The position numbers and the translations under genes were made by a program. Under the pieces are notes generated by a model that worked only from the letters and a program-made list of their open reading frames with translations, had not been told where the DNA came from and did no database searches. A stretch of DNA of 63,395 nucleotides, counting the filler, from Phoronis australis (Eukaryota; Animalia; Phoronida), in NCBI GenBank assembly GCA_002633005.1. It is 6 parts of 6 records of this genome, joined end to end, with 100 filler letters (N's around TTAATTAATTAA, not from the genome) between each part and the next. Parts side by side here need not be neighbours in the genome. Positions count along the whole stretch, not along the records: positions 11,298 to 17,112 come from NMRA01002270.1; positions 17,213 to 48,772 come from NMRA01000019.1; 4 more parts are not named here. One strand, given 5' to 3'. Position 1 is the stretch's first letter, and the number at the start of each line of letters is the position of its first letter. Positions 11,473 through 23,375 of the stretch are shown here, piece by piece.

Positions 11473-14400
11473 CTGATCGTATCCCTCACGCAGGTAACCC
11501 AGGTGACCTGTCAGTGTCTGTGCCAGGGCAATAGAGTCATTAACCGCAGTCACATTTTGCCTCATTGTGCCGAGGATGGGCCGGAACTCCTCAACAGTTT
11601 TATTGTCTGCAAAGAAACATTTAAGCCAATCAGAACTCAATGAATGTCACACTCAAAATCATTGTCGCCCCCTGTGGGAGATGAGATAATTATGTAGATA
11701 GCTTATATCAACCAGGGGCCACTTTTTAAGGGGAGTCCTTAGCAGATACTGACTACGATAAATGGACCTATGGTCATCACAGGAGATGCAATCAATTGTA
11801 ATAAGGGATCGTTATTATTTTTATGGTTGGTAAATGAGGGATAATGCCGGTATACTGGTAATGCAGATATCAACGGCCTTTACCAAAGTTGTTCCAAATG
11901 TCCACTGCTTTATTGTACTCGGTCGCCATCTTCAATCCAACCTCATCTATCTTCTTGGCCCAACTGTCAAAGCAGTTTCCGCAGAGTTCGCAGTCAGGAA
12001 ATATCCCTGGAAGAAAAAAAAATACAAGATATCCATCAGCATCAATTGAAATCACTGAGATATTTAACGTAACCATGGCAACTTTTCAAAAACTTGGTCT
12101 CCGCTTAGTGCGTAATATTCAAAACAAAAGAAACGCAGAGCATTGAAATGTGCCCACGAATGCATCGAAAATGGTGTGCTTTTAGGGTTATTTATTTGTA
12201 TCATAAAAATGGCCACTAGATGGCACAAAAAGTACAATCCATATTTCATAAAAACAATTGAAAACAGAATAAACTGAAATTGCCACTATTGGGCACAGAA
12301 TCCATGCCTGAAAGTTGTTGTCTGTTGTTATCTTCATACAGCTACGGGCACATAACAAAACAAAACTACCACTAGGAGGCGCCACAGTATTTAGTCGCCA
12401 TCATCAAACGTCCTCTTAACACAGAACATTTACGTCAATTTTCAAAACCATCCCTAGAATGATTTGGTTGATAGAGGGGTGGACGCCAAAACCAGGGTTT
12501 GAAAACAGCAAAAATGGCAACTAGGTGGCGCAAAATACCTCGATTCCATCCAAATACAAGAGGATAGTGTCATCTCTTCAGTAGATGGCTATACTCAAAA
12601 TTTTATGAAAATCTGTTGAGGACCTTTGAAGATACAGACAGAGGCAAACGTAAAAAACTATAATTGCCACTAGGGGGCACACCATTGATCAGTTCCATCC
12701 GAAAGTCGCCGTTGCCCGTAGTCAACATCATATAAACACACTGTCTTGCTAAATTAAGTAAAGATCCTGAAAACGATTTAGGAAATACAGCCATGAGCGC
12801 AAAAAAAACTGCCAAAAGGAGGCGCCACAGCAGTCGAAGTCGTCGTAAAATTATCTTCAGCCGTCCACTTCATAGTTAAAAATATACAATATGCCACTTT
12901 TCACAATTATCCTGAAAGCGGTTTAGACGCGTGGACGCCAAAAAACAGACTCGAAAACAGTAAAAATGGCCACTAGGTGGCGCAAACTATGTCGATTCCA
13001 TCTGAAAATGAAGAGATAGCACCACCTCATTAACAAATGCATGTATGCCAAATTTTATGAAAATACGCTGAAGACCTTTGAAGATAAAGAGGTAAACGTA
13101 AACAAAAATAAAACTGCCACTAGGTGGCACACCAGTAGTCAGGTCCATCGGAAAGTCATCGTCCTCCATTATCAAAATCATATATTATAACACACTTACT
13201 AAATTTAGTAAAAATCCTGCAAATGGTTTAGGAGATACAGCCATGGGCGCAAAAAAACAAAACTGCCACAAGGAGGCACCACAATAGTTGAAGTCGTCGG
13301 AAAATCATCGTCAGCCATCCACTTCATAGTAAGAACATACATGACAATTTTCACCACCATTCTTTGAGCGGTTTGGTTGATGGAGGGACGTACGCAAGTG
13401 GCAGACTTGAAAACAGTAAAAATGGCCACTAGGTGGCGCAAAATACCTCGAATCCATCCGAAAACAGAAGGATAGCGTCAACTCATTAATAGATACCTAT
13501 GTGCCAAATTTCATGAAAATCGGTTGAGGACCTTTGAAGATACAGAGGCGAACATAAAAAACTAAAAATGCCACTAGGGAGCACAACGGTATTCGGGTCG
13601 GCCCGAAACTCGTCATCCTCTCTCATCAACCCCATAGGAAGACACCTGCCAAATTTCAATAAGATCCTAAGTGGGGTTTAGGAGACACAGCCGCGTACGC
13701 CTGACGCCCAGACAGAGATGACGGCAATATACATAATTTTATAAATATGTGGGCGCATAAAAATGAAAATTATTATTTCCAGGAAAATTTCAAGGCATTT
13801 GTATGAAGAAAATTCTTGTCCAAAACGTGAAATACAACTTACCAATGTAGACACCACGCACGTACGAATATTCACCTGTGCAAAACAAAGAGAAGAACGT
13901 TGTGTAGAGGCAGAAATGAACTTTAAACAAAACAAAAATATTCTTGTTTTCAAAAAACAAACTTGTTAGTGTTCCAAAAAAAATCAATTTCCAAAACTTA
14001 AAAATGCACTCGCATAAATTGACAACATTAGACAATCCAGTGGTCATATTTATTTGCATCAAAAATCGCCAAAATTTTGATCCAAGAGTTGTTCTTCTAT
14101 TGACTTGCTTGCGTGTTTTCGAAAAAGCTCGAAGGATTTCAACGAAAATTTTTAATGTTTTCACAAAACTGCAGCTGCAGTACGTTACTATCCATGACAC
14201 TCAAGATATCATTCATAGCCAATCCGTGAAAATTTGATCCCAGCTTAAAATTCCGAATGAATGCACAAGTGAGAACACTCCATAACGATTACAATAATTA
14301 CAAAATTTGTACCAAACAAATGCAAATGATATCATTGCACATCAATAATCAGAATCGATCTCGTCACATTATATCCAACAACCCTTCACCTGTGGCTACA

Positions 14401-16756
14401 TTTCCCTTAATATCCTTGAATAGTTCGGTCACGTGAAAAACGTACCAACAGTCACAACTGATTACGCACAGTCCGATCTGATATGGAATGAAGCACTTAC
14501 CCGATGAGCCCTTCTGACACTGGTTGCACATCCTGCCCCCTATTGACGGTTTGCTGCAGGTACACTGACCTGTCACCAGGTCACAGTTGATTGAGTCAGA
14601 GCCAGTCATATTGCAGGCGCAGGCTGCAACAAAAATCTGTGTATAAAAAGAGCCCCGCGGCAAGTTCATTCAATACAAAAGCTTGCCTTCCAGTTGGTAT
14701 TGGTGCAAATATGAATATTATCCAAAAGGATGTAAGACTTGAGAGACCGAGATCCTCTTTGCTAAACACAGAAATCAGAATATCAGTCCAGTGTTCCAAA
14801 AAAGAGAAAATTCAAACTCACCTGGAATAGAAAAATTCAGAAAGCCCACGCCCACACTTTGGGAGGTTTGTGTGTCAAGCCTTGCAATAAATAAATTGCA
14901 CTGATACCAAAAGTCCTATTGCTTAAGAAATTTCAATCTCCTAATACTTCACACTCATTGCACACGTTTTCAAACTTGAACCATGAAAGTCAAAATCTTC
15001 ACTCAACGCAGTGACAAGTCAAAACAGGTTGTGGAGAACACTCTGTCTCAGTGTTCAGTGTTTAGAGTTTCTGCGACAATCGTGCAATATTCATGGTGAA
15101 GGAGTCAAAATTTGAAGTACACGACCATCCACATAATGTGCAAAAGAATAAACACAAACTCTTATCTAAGTTATGAATTTGCCACAGCGGAGAATGCAGC
15201 AACAGAGATTATCTTAAAAGCAACATTACAAGCCAGAAGGATTCAGACAAAACGACCCAGAATTCTCCGTCATGATGGCTGAATGACAGCCACATTCATC
15301 CCCAGAGTAGTCTCCCCTGATGACCAAGAATGAAGGGGAATTAACTGGAAATTCAGAGAAGGTGGCTAAGCCGTTCTGTTGAACGTTGCACTCCTGATAC
15401 TTATTACTGGCCATTTTTGCTGTGAAAAGAATTAGCCGCCGTGACGGGGAATTTTGTCTGATTACTTTTGTCTCCTGATGTAATTGCCTACCATCACAGC
15501 CTGTCTGCGAGTTAATGTTGTAGTGACCTTCCTTACAAGTGTCACACCTCCGACCTTGTACGTTGAGACGGCACTGACACTGACCAGACTGTGGAGACAA
15601 GTAATAAACAATTTGTACGAAATGTGCGAAAAAAAAGACTCTTTCTACAATGACTAGACATGCAAGTTTCCTTAGCACGAACGCAATGTGCTATCATCTT
15701 ACTGTGATTCAGAAATAAAGAGCGACTTATGTGAAGTGGTTTGATTTTGGAAAGCTAGGTCAGCAGTATGATTTTCTGAAGTGTTTTTTGCCTCATAGAT
15801 GGTCCAGTTCAACTCCATGGTAACAATAAAGTTTTTAATGACCAACGGATTTAGAAAATGCCAATTTTGTGGGGTAACTGGCCAGATTTTGGTATAGATG
15901 TTTAGACACCTAAAGAGGGGAAAATTAATGTAGTTTTTTGTGTGTTTACTTAAGGTCCAGCATTTTGTCACTTTTTAAATCTTCCAAGTCAGCATGAAAC
16001 TTGAATTGCCAACCAGTTTCATTCAGTCTCAAAATCTTTTTGGACACGTTCTTTTGACACACCTTTTAACCATAAATCCAAGCTGTGACGTTAAATTGAT
16101 TGAATAGTCTGATATTAGGGAATGGTCAAATGATTCAAGTAAAAAGTCATGGACCAGCTAAATGGCCAAGACACTGAAAAAAAAATTTGCATTTCGTTTT
16201 TGTTAGCTCTGCCTGCCTTGACCTCAAGAATTTGAAGTGAGGTCAAACAAGTTTCTTTTACGTTCTTACAACAGTAAAGAGTTCCATGTTAGATGTTTCT
16301 AATAAAAATTAATTTTGGGAATGTTGTAGTCATTAAAAATGAAATCTTTCCAAGAAATGAGGGCAAACCTCCGATGTCAAAACTTCAAACATTGTACAAT
16401 GACGAGGATTCAGAATTTTCACCACAGCTTTAATAGTGAATGCAAAAAGATTTTGTTAGACAAAAAGTAAGTTCTGAATTACATCCTAAATAGTTGGCAT
16501 ACAGTCTACTGAAAAAAAAAAACAGCCGGGTGATCAAATTTCCCAAAATGCTCTCCTCTCACCTGGTCACAGCTGGAGCCGACCGCTCCCTTCTCATCAC
16601 ACTGGCATAGCTGGCAGCCCTGCCCGCTGGAGTAGTTGAACGCGTTGGCAACGCACGCTGAACAGTTGAATCCCTCCACGAATGGACGGCAGACGCACTG
16701 GCTTGTCACATGGTCACACTCCCCAGTGGAGCCAGGGTTGTTACAGTTGTCACAAG
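11473..16756 (-). CDS. Laminin beta-like chain, partial (last LE repeats and start of the coiled coil)
   Basis: Five GT-AG exons in compatible phases: 16563-16756 (CDNCNNPGSTGECDHVTSQCVCRPFVEGFNCSAC...), 15492-15588 (SGQCQCRLNVQGRRCDTCKEGHY), 14501-14623 (CACNMTGS...CDLVTGQCTC), 11884-12006 (GIFPDCELCGNCFDSWAKKIDEV, the beta-chain FPxCxxCxxCFxxW junction) and 11473-11606 (heptad-like). Confidence 0.88.
12190..13765 (+). mobile_element. Helentron/HINE (pearl-like) element with ~150-bp tandem core repeats, in a laminin intron
   Basis: Ten diverged ~150-bp units in a ~455-bp trimer, each with GCCACTAGRDGGCRC or a variant. It ends GACGCCCAGACAGAGATGACGGCAATA...ATATGTGGG..ATAAAAAT, an end shared with the copies at 56023-56900. 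Confidence 0.65.
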
Positions 16757-17212
16757 CTGGAAACAGTAACAGGCATTAAGATAAATTAGTTAAGAAATTA
16801 AAGTTAATGAAAAGACAAGGCCATTAATTCCTCGAAATCGGACCCATTCCTCCCTGAAAAATATTGAAAAATAAAGCAAAATTCCCCTCATGATGTCCAA
16901 AAAATTCACCTCAAGTGATTGAAAAATTCCCCTTGAGGTTTGCATCACATGTAACTTACACAGGTGATAATTTGTAAGAGCATAATGGCTACTTCAGGAA
17001 GGGCCTGTGACAGCTTGCAACAGGATGGGAGTGGTATTGATGGTGATTGGGAGGTAGAATTTTCCCCTTACCCCGAAATATTCCCCTCTCAGAAGGCAGA
17101 GGCACCTTCCCCNNNNNNNNNNNNNNNNNNNNNNNNNNNNNNNNNNNNNNNNNNNNTTAATTAATTAANNNNNNNNNNNNNNNNNNNNNNNNNNNNNNNN
17201 NNNNNNNNNNNN

Positions 17213-18384
17213 ACTGTAGCTGTATGAAGACTATCGTACCACTGTGTGTTGAGCTCCGTTAACCCCGAAATTTCAGACAGCCGTTGACTACCCGGGTATA
17301 GTTGACTCAGTTATGCTCGTCACCTCGTCGTAAAACTTAGGCTACATCAACATATAAAGCTAACGGACCGGCGGGGGCGCATGCAAAATCTGGTATAGTC
17401 ACCCGACACTCCCATTGTTCGTTGCAGCCGTTTAAATGGAAAACAATCAAATAAACGTCATTTGGTAGCATAATTTGCCGCCTTTTTAACAAAGAAGTGT
17501 GTCGTCCGTTTCAAGAACAGCACGCTCGTGACACGGCGCACGCGCCATTTCATAAAAATTTGAGACGTCTTTCGGGACATGATAACAGCTTCGCAGCACC
17601 AAGGTTGTTCTAAAATTCGGTTTGCTGGTGTATGAAAAATACTAAAAACTTGAAACAAAATGAAACAAGCTCCGATAATTTGTTATAACATGTACGCAAC
17701 CTAGGTACCGTCAGCGACGAACACTTGATAAAAGAATCAGGGGGAAAAGAAACTGGTAAAGGTCAGGTGACGTAATCGCAAAAAGCCGACTCAAGAGAAC
17801 ACATCACAATTTTACTAGCAGCAGCCGATGAACGATCGCTAACATTTCCAACACCGGTAAATACAGAAGTTAGTTGGTTTACTCATGGATGACTCAGTTT
17901 TAATGACATTTATTTGAGTCAGATTTTACTTGTACATTTTTACCCATATCGGCTTAAACCTGTAGGCCTATATCTACACTGAGCTTTGGGCCAAGGCTTG
18001 GGTAACCCGGCGATGGTATGCGATGACCATCCCTTTAGAAGACGCCTTTTTCGAAGAGTTTGAGCAACCAGGTGCCATACAAAAAGGCATAGCAAACCTT
18101 TTACAGCACTGTGGCAAACAATGAAAAATAAGGACGACTGATACAATGATAAATTACGATGTAAACTCTTCAAATATGACATAAGCAATGAATGTTTAAA
18201 GCAGCCGATACCCGCCGTTCACGTCACTGACACATCAGCCAATCAGCGATCGCTTTCAGAATTCAGTGTTTTGACCTTGAATTCGAATTGGCTTTTCTTT
18301 GGCTCGCAAGTCAGGCAAATGTGGGTTTTATTTGTATGTTAGAACCGATTAACTGCAACATTATTGACTACAGTCCCCTTTTAA
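17213..18384. mobile_element. Putative TTAA-targeting (Kolobok-like) non-autonomous element
   Basis: The contig begins ACTGTAG and the segment ends CTACAGTCCCCTT followed by TTAA, i.e. an inverted terminal match. The left end is clipped by the gap. Confidence 0.45.
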
Positions 18385-19778
18385 GTTAGGGGCATTGCAT
18401 AAAAAGGTGCTTACTTATTTCCAATAATATTAACAATTCAACGTGGACTTCGATTGCGATTTGTTGTATCATAGTCGCAAACTGAATTGGTTATCAGACT
18501 TAAACACCACAAAAAGGATGATCAGTGAATTTACATAAGACTTCAAATACTAAATAGATTTAGGTACCTTAGTTAAGTCCCTATTTGGGGCTGTTTCTTG
18601 CAACCGGGCAATGGTCTCTTTGTTTGTGGAGATTTTCCGATCGCCGCTATATTCATTTAATTAGCTGTTTTTCTCGATCAATATGTGCTCGCTTCACGCC
18701 TTTCTGAAGTTTGGTATGTGGATTGATCTTACGGTTGTTACCACGACTTACCATTAACCGAAACTCTCTGAAATACAAGGTGGTCTATTGAATCCCGCAG
18801 ACTTATTTTCCATGGTTTGCAGTGTATATAGGATGTTGTGTTTTCAATTCAATAAACAGCATTATCCCCGGGTCAATTCGAGAGAGGTTGATTGAAGTAT
18901 GGACAGCTGTTGTCTCCCAGGCCCATGATGCTGACACCTTCGACTGTTAGCGCGTAGCGGGCACTACAAAAATCACAGCAGTCTGTCGGTAGCCGCCCAG
19001 TGTTGATGAAGTTATAGTTCAAGAATGAAGCTTTGACTTTGCCCAAGTTGCACAGGTGTGCATGAAGCGTAAATCTAGGTGCGAGCCGATTTTCAGAGAT
19101 AGTTTGGCTTAGATTGAAAATCACAGCTTCAAAATGGAGTTTTGACCCTTGGAAAATGTTGTTAACTTGATATATTGTGAAGGGAGCTTCAGATAATTTT
19201 CATATTTTACAGAGTTAGTGATTCGGTAATCATTTGCAATATCATTAGAACTGTACAACCAAATGTTGACACGGAAAATCGTGGTTGGCTCGTTTGCTCG
19301 ATATCTCGAAAAACAAAACGACATTTAGATTTTCTTTCTATTTTGTATTAAGTGGTAGGCAGGTCATCCCTAATCCCCAAACAATGACGACCTTGATCTC
19401 GTTTATTTTACTGTCATAACAGCAATTTCTGAGAGCACTTATGGGCCGCTCTACATCGACTGTCACTGAGAATCCTGACACTACCTCTAGATACACACCT
19501 GTGATTCTTCTTACGTAGGCTTCTCTTGCAACAATGATGTCTTTTTGTCACTTATTTCAATGGAAGAAATTTCAAATTTGCAAGACTGATTTGAATCATC
19601 TTAAAATTTACATGTTGGAACTGTGATTTGTTTCCTTGAATGTATCTGACCTTAAGATCAAGAAACACGTTTTATATTTAAGAAAGACATTTTAAAGAAT
19701 TGAGAATTTTTGTGAAATATCACCATCTGATTTTGGCCATATTCAGTGAGGAAACTAGCAGAGGGTGTTGCATATGTG

Positions 19779-19910
19779 TATATAAAACCAGAGTGATTTG
19801 GTTGTATCAGACACATAAAAAGTCAAAAGTTTGCTCTTTTACAAGCGTACTCATTAGCATATAATTTCACTGACTATACCGTCCAATATTTGACTACTCA
19901 GATACAGTGA
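19779..19910 (+). promoter_or_regulatory. Possible TATA/Inr promoter and non-coding first exon
   Basis: TATATAAAA at ~19779, TCAGAC ~28 nt downstream and a donor-like ACA|GTGAGT at ~19907, upstream of the channel exons on the same strand. Confidence 0.25.
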
Positions 19911-22181
19911 GTACACAGCAGTTTTATTAAATAATGCCCTACAAAGAGCAAGAATAGTATGCGTTATGTTGATATGAAGTTATTTCTTATTTGAAGGATT
20001 TTGGGATCATCGGAAGTCGTAGAAGGGGTCAGGGGTTGGGACGACAAGTTACTCCACTTGTAACAGCTTCCACTTCAAGTTCTTGGTACATGTAGTTATG
20101 GGACAATGGAACGAAGGGTATGGGGCAGTGGTCCCTCAAAAAATTGTAAAGCGGTATTATACTTATTCAGCGAGGTCTGCGTGTACTCTGTGTGCACTGT
20201 GTTACTCATATCAGTCCCTGCAATGCAGCATATGATAGTAACTAGAAAACATTTAACTTTTGCCTTTTAACAGGCTTGGGTATAAATTTTGAAACCGTGC
20301 GATTTTCTCTTAGAGCTGTGCAGTTAGTTCAGTGATAATACGCTTTACCCTAAAGAACTGTTGGCTAAGTCCTCCTGAGCGGTGAAGGGACGAATCCTGA
20401 TTGGATAAACCAATTTCTTGTCATTTATGCTGTTAATTTTCTGGATTTGTAAAATCTAATCTACCTTCGTGAGATAATTCTCATATAACTGGCGTGAAAG
20501 TAAAACTGTCTCCTTGTGTAAACGCCCTACTTGCATTGAGTAGAACATGAGCATTCAGGTACTGACCCTTATGCCCGCGTTCAAACATGTACAGATAGGA
20601 CAAACTTCGCACAACAGTAATCCTTGTAACAGGGGTTGGTGATATAGTGAGATGTTACGGTGACAGCTGGTAATATCTGAGCATGCTTCAGGACGTAATT
20701 AACAAATCCGATGGCCTAAGTCTTCCTCAAATACACGTGTGTGTAAGTGGCATATTTAGAGACGGTGGTGTCTATCAGATAATTATCTGATGAGTATTTT
20801 GTCGGTTCTGAAGCGTCCCCTCCCGTTGGGCTTGACCGAAAAGGATAATTCTGTAAATCCCTTGGGGTAGCAGCGACAAAAAGTTCACATATTTTGTCTA
20901 TTTTTTCGTATGAACTCATATGACGATAATAAGTAATGAACAAATAAACACACAGCATTTTAGCAGCTACCAATTTATTAAGACTTACACACAAATATAA
21001 TACAATAGGATTCATCCCGGAAACCGCAGGGAGCATTACATCCGGGTTTTAGACAATAAATACGCAGTAGTAAAGAGAATACTGGACTGTTATCATAATA
21101 CAAATGGATGAATGGTGGATTTTAAACCTCGACAATCAACCAGCCGAAAATATGGTTTTGTTAGAACATCCTAGTAGATGGTACTGGGTAAAAAACACAA
21201 ATCTTCCAGAACTTTTTGTAATAGATTACTCCCTCCACTGCTAGGCCGTCTCCATTCCACACCCAGTTTTAGAACAGGCAGCCATGCCAGGGAAGATGTC
21301 ATTGATATGGGCCTCTTTCAGCCAGTCATCTCATTTGTATTTATTTTTCTGAATGTCATGTATTTAGCCACGACTTCAGGGAAACATTTAACACCAATTC
21401 TGCAAACTTTCGGTCAAGAAAGTTTTCAGGTCATGAGCAAATCTGGGGCTCCGTTTACCTTTGCACAGTGACCACCTAGGCTCAATTTCAGTAGAAGTGG
21501 ACCGTGACCAGCTTTCCTCATAAAAAGATGCTGCAAATGCATTCGGGGGCAGACATTCACTGCCATGGAATGCCATCAAATGCAGTTCCCCTCACTAGAT
21601 AACTGTCAATGGAAAAGGGAGCATTTATTTTACCCAAAGAACTGAGCAAAATAATTTTTTCCTTGCACAAAGCAATATATCAAACACGCCCACTCTGGCC
21701 AGGGTGCGTTCATATTCGAAGCTGACTCAATAATATTAGTGTTCAATCGCACATCCGCTTTCTGCACTTCTCGTGCAGCTTCCCATTTTGATAAAAACCT
21801 TATCATGTATGCATTTTGATGGAAAATACATTTAAATTTGCAATAGTTTATTAGCGATTCTTAATAATTCGAAACAAGGCAGGTTACTTGGGTCAGTCTC
21901 AGAATTCAACGCTTCAAGTCTGACATGTGCACAACCTTTCTGCTCATGGGTTATTAAATAACTTCAGTCACTGTTTGCAGTTTATATTGCAGAACAATTG
22001 GAGCGAGTATTGACAGCCAATGATGTGCATTTGTATTTGAGTTTCTAACAATTAAATCAAAAATCATAATCCATCTTCTACAATTTCCAAGAGTCATTTT
22101 GATACAGTTTTCTTTCATAACAATAGCTTAGTTTCTATTTGGCTGCTTAAATTAGGTGGCGCTACCAAACGAGTGCCTCTA

Positions 22182-22460
22182 CATGGGCGCACTCAGGGGC
22201 ATGGGGGGCTCGGGGGGCTCCAATGAGCCNCCCCCGATTTGGCGAATTGGGCAAAAAGGTCTGCCTCAATGAAGCAAAGACTTCGAGCAAGCGAAACAAA
22301 AGTCCACACAGTCCGCAGACATTTGGCGCAGATGCACTATTCGTAGGCCTGGACCCAGCGGCCCCGTTTTTTTAGTCCTCGTTGATTATTTCAGTAAAAG
22401 GTACGCATATCGAAAAAATTTGAGCCCCCCCCCTTACATTTTAGGCTGGTTGCGCACATG
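22182..22460. mobile_element. MITE family copy 1 (CATG..CGCA termini, hAT-like)
   Basis: Inverted termini CATGGGCGCA...TGCGCACATG. Internal GGGCAAAAAGGTC.GCCTCAA, AAAAGTCCAC and AGTAAAAGGT are shared with the copies at 32234 and 39295. Confidence 0.7.
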
Positions 22461-23375
22461 CCCTACGATTAGGAATAATTTCATTTCTTTAAAAATGATA
22501 TGTTGGTCTGGGGGTGGGTACTATACATGCCTATACACTCTCGAATACCCGTCCGTAATCTACACCGATTAGTCCTGTTACCTTAAGAAGTCATTTTAAA
22601 TCTGAAATGTTTGCATGTTTCAAGAAAAGATGAAGTTTGGTGTCGTTGAAGGTGAATACGAATCCACTGGTAAAATCTCAACAAATTCTGTGACGGGTCA
22701 TGCAAAATGTTTTTTTTTTTATTCAACAGGTTTTATCAGAAATTGCTACTTAACGCATATCACAATATGTCAAGATGCCAATTCATATTTTTCGAATTTT
22801 TTCATCATGGTTATTGTAGGTGGGCACCTCTCGGTTTTGGACTACTTAACCTCGCTTTCAAGGTCCATCTATGAAATTTTAAAGTCTTACTTTGCCAATC
22901 CTGATGCTGCAATATCACAAAGATCAAGCTGTAGTTCCTCATGTTTTATTCCGCAGATAAATAAGCCTTTCAATTTTGAACAAGCCATCTACATGTAGGT
23001 CACAGCGTGCTAATCGTAATTGATGTTGGAGCTGTATTTTCTGATGGAATCTTTACATTATGTTCTTATTTTGCACGGAAGTGTAAGTTGGGGCATCTTC
23101 ATCCGCCTATCGGGTTGGACAGTTTTGAGCTCACGGTTTTGAACTTCATTTCGATGACTTTAAAGTCGCTGTAAAGTGTGTTTGTGTAGTCATTTTCAGA
23201 TACTTTGTAAAACGAGTGTAGCCTTGATATTCACCTCGCTTATTGTAGCTTTTACATAACAAACCATTACCACATGGAATCCAAAGCTTAAATGTGTCCT
23301 TCATGACGACGGGGGAAACATGATGGTCACCCTGTGACATCCTTATTTAAACTGGTCTGGTAATCTTCATTCCAG

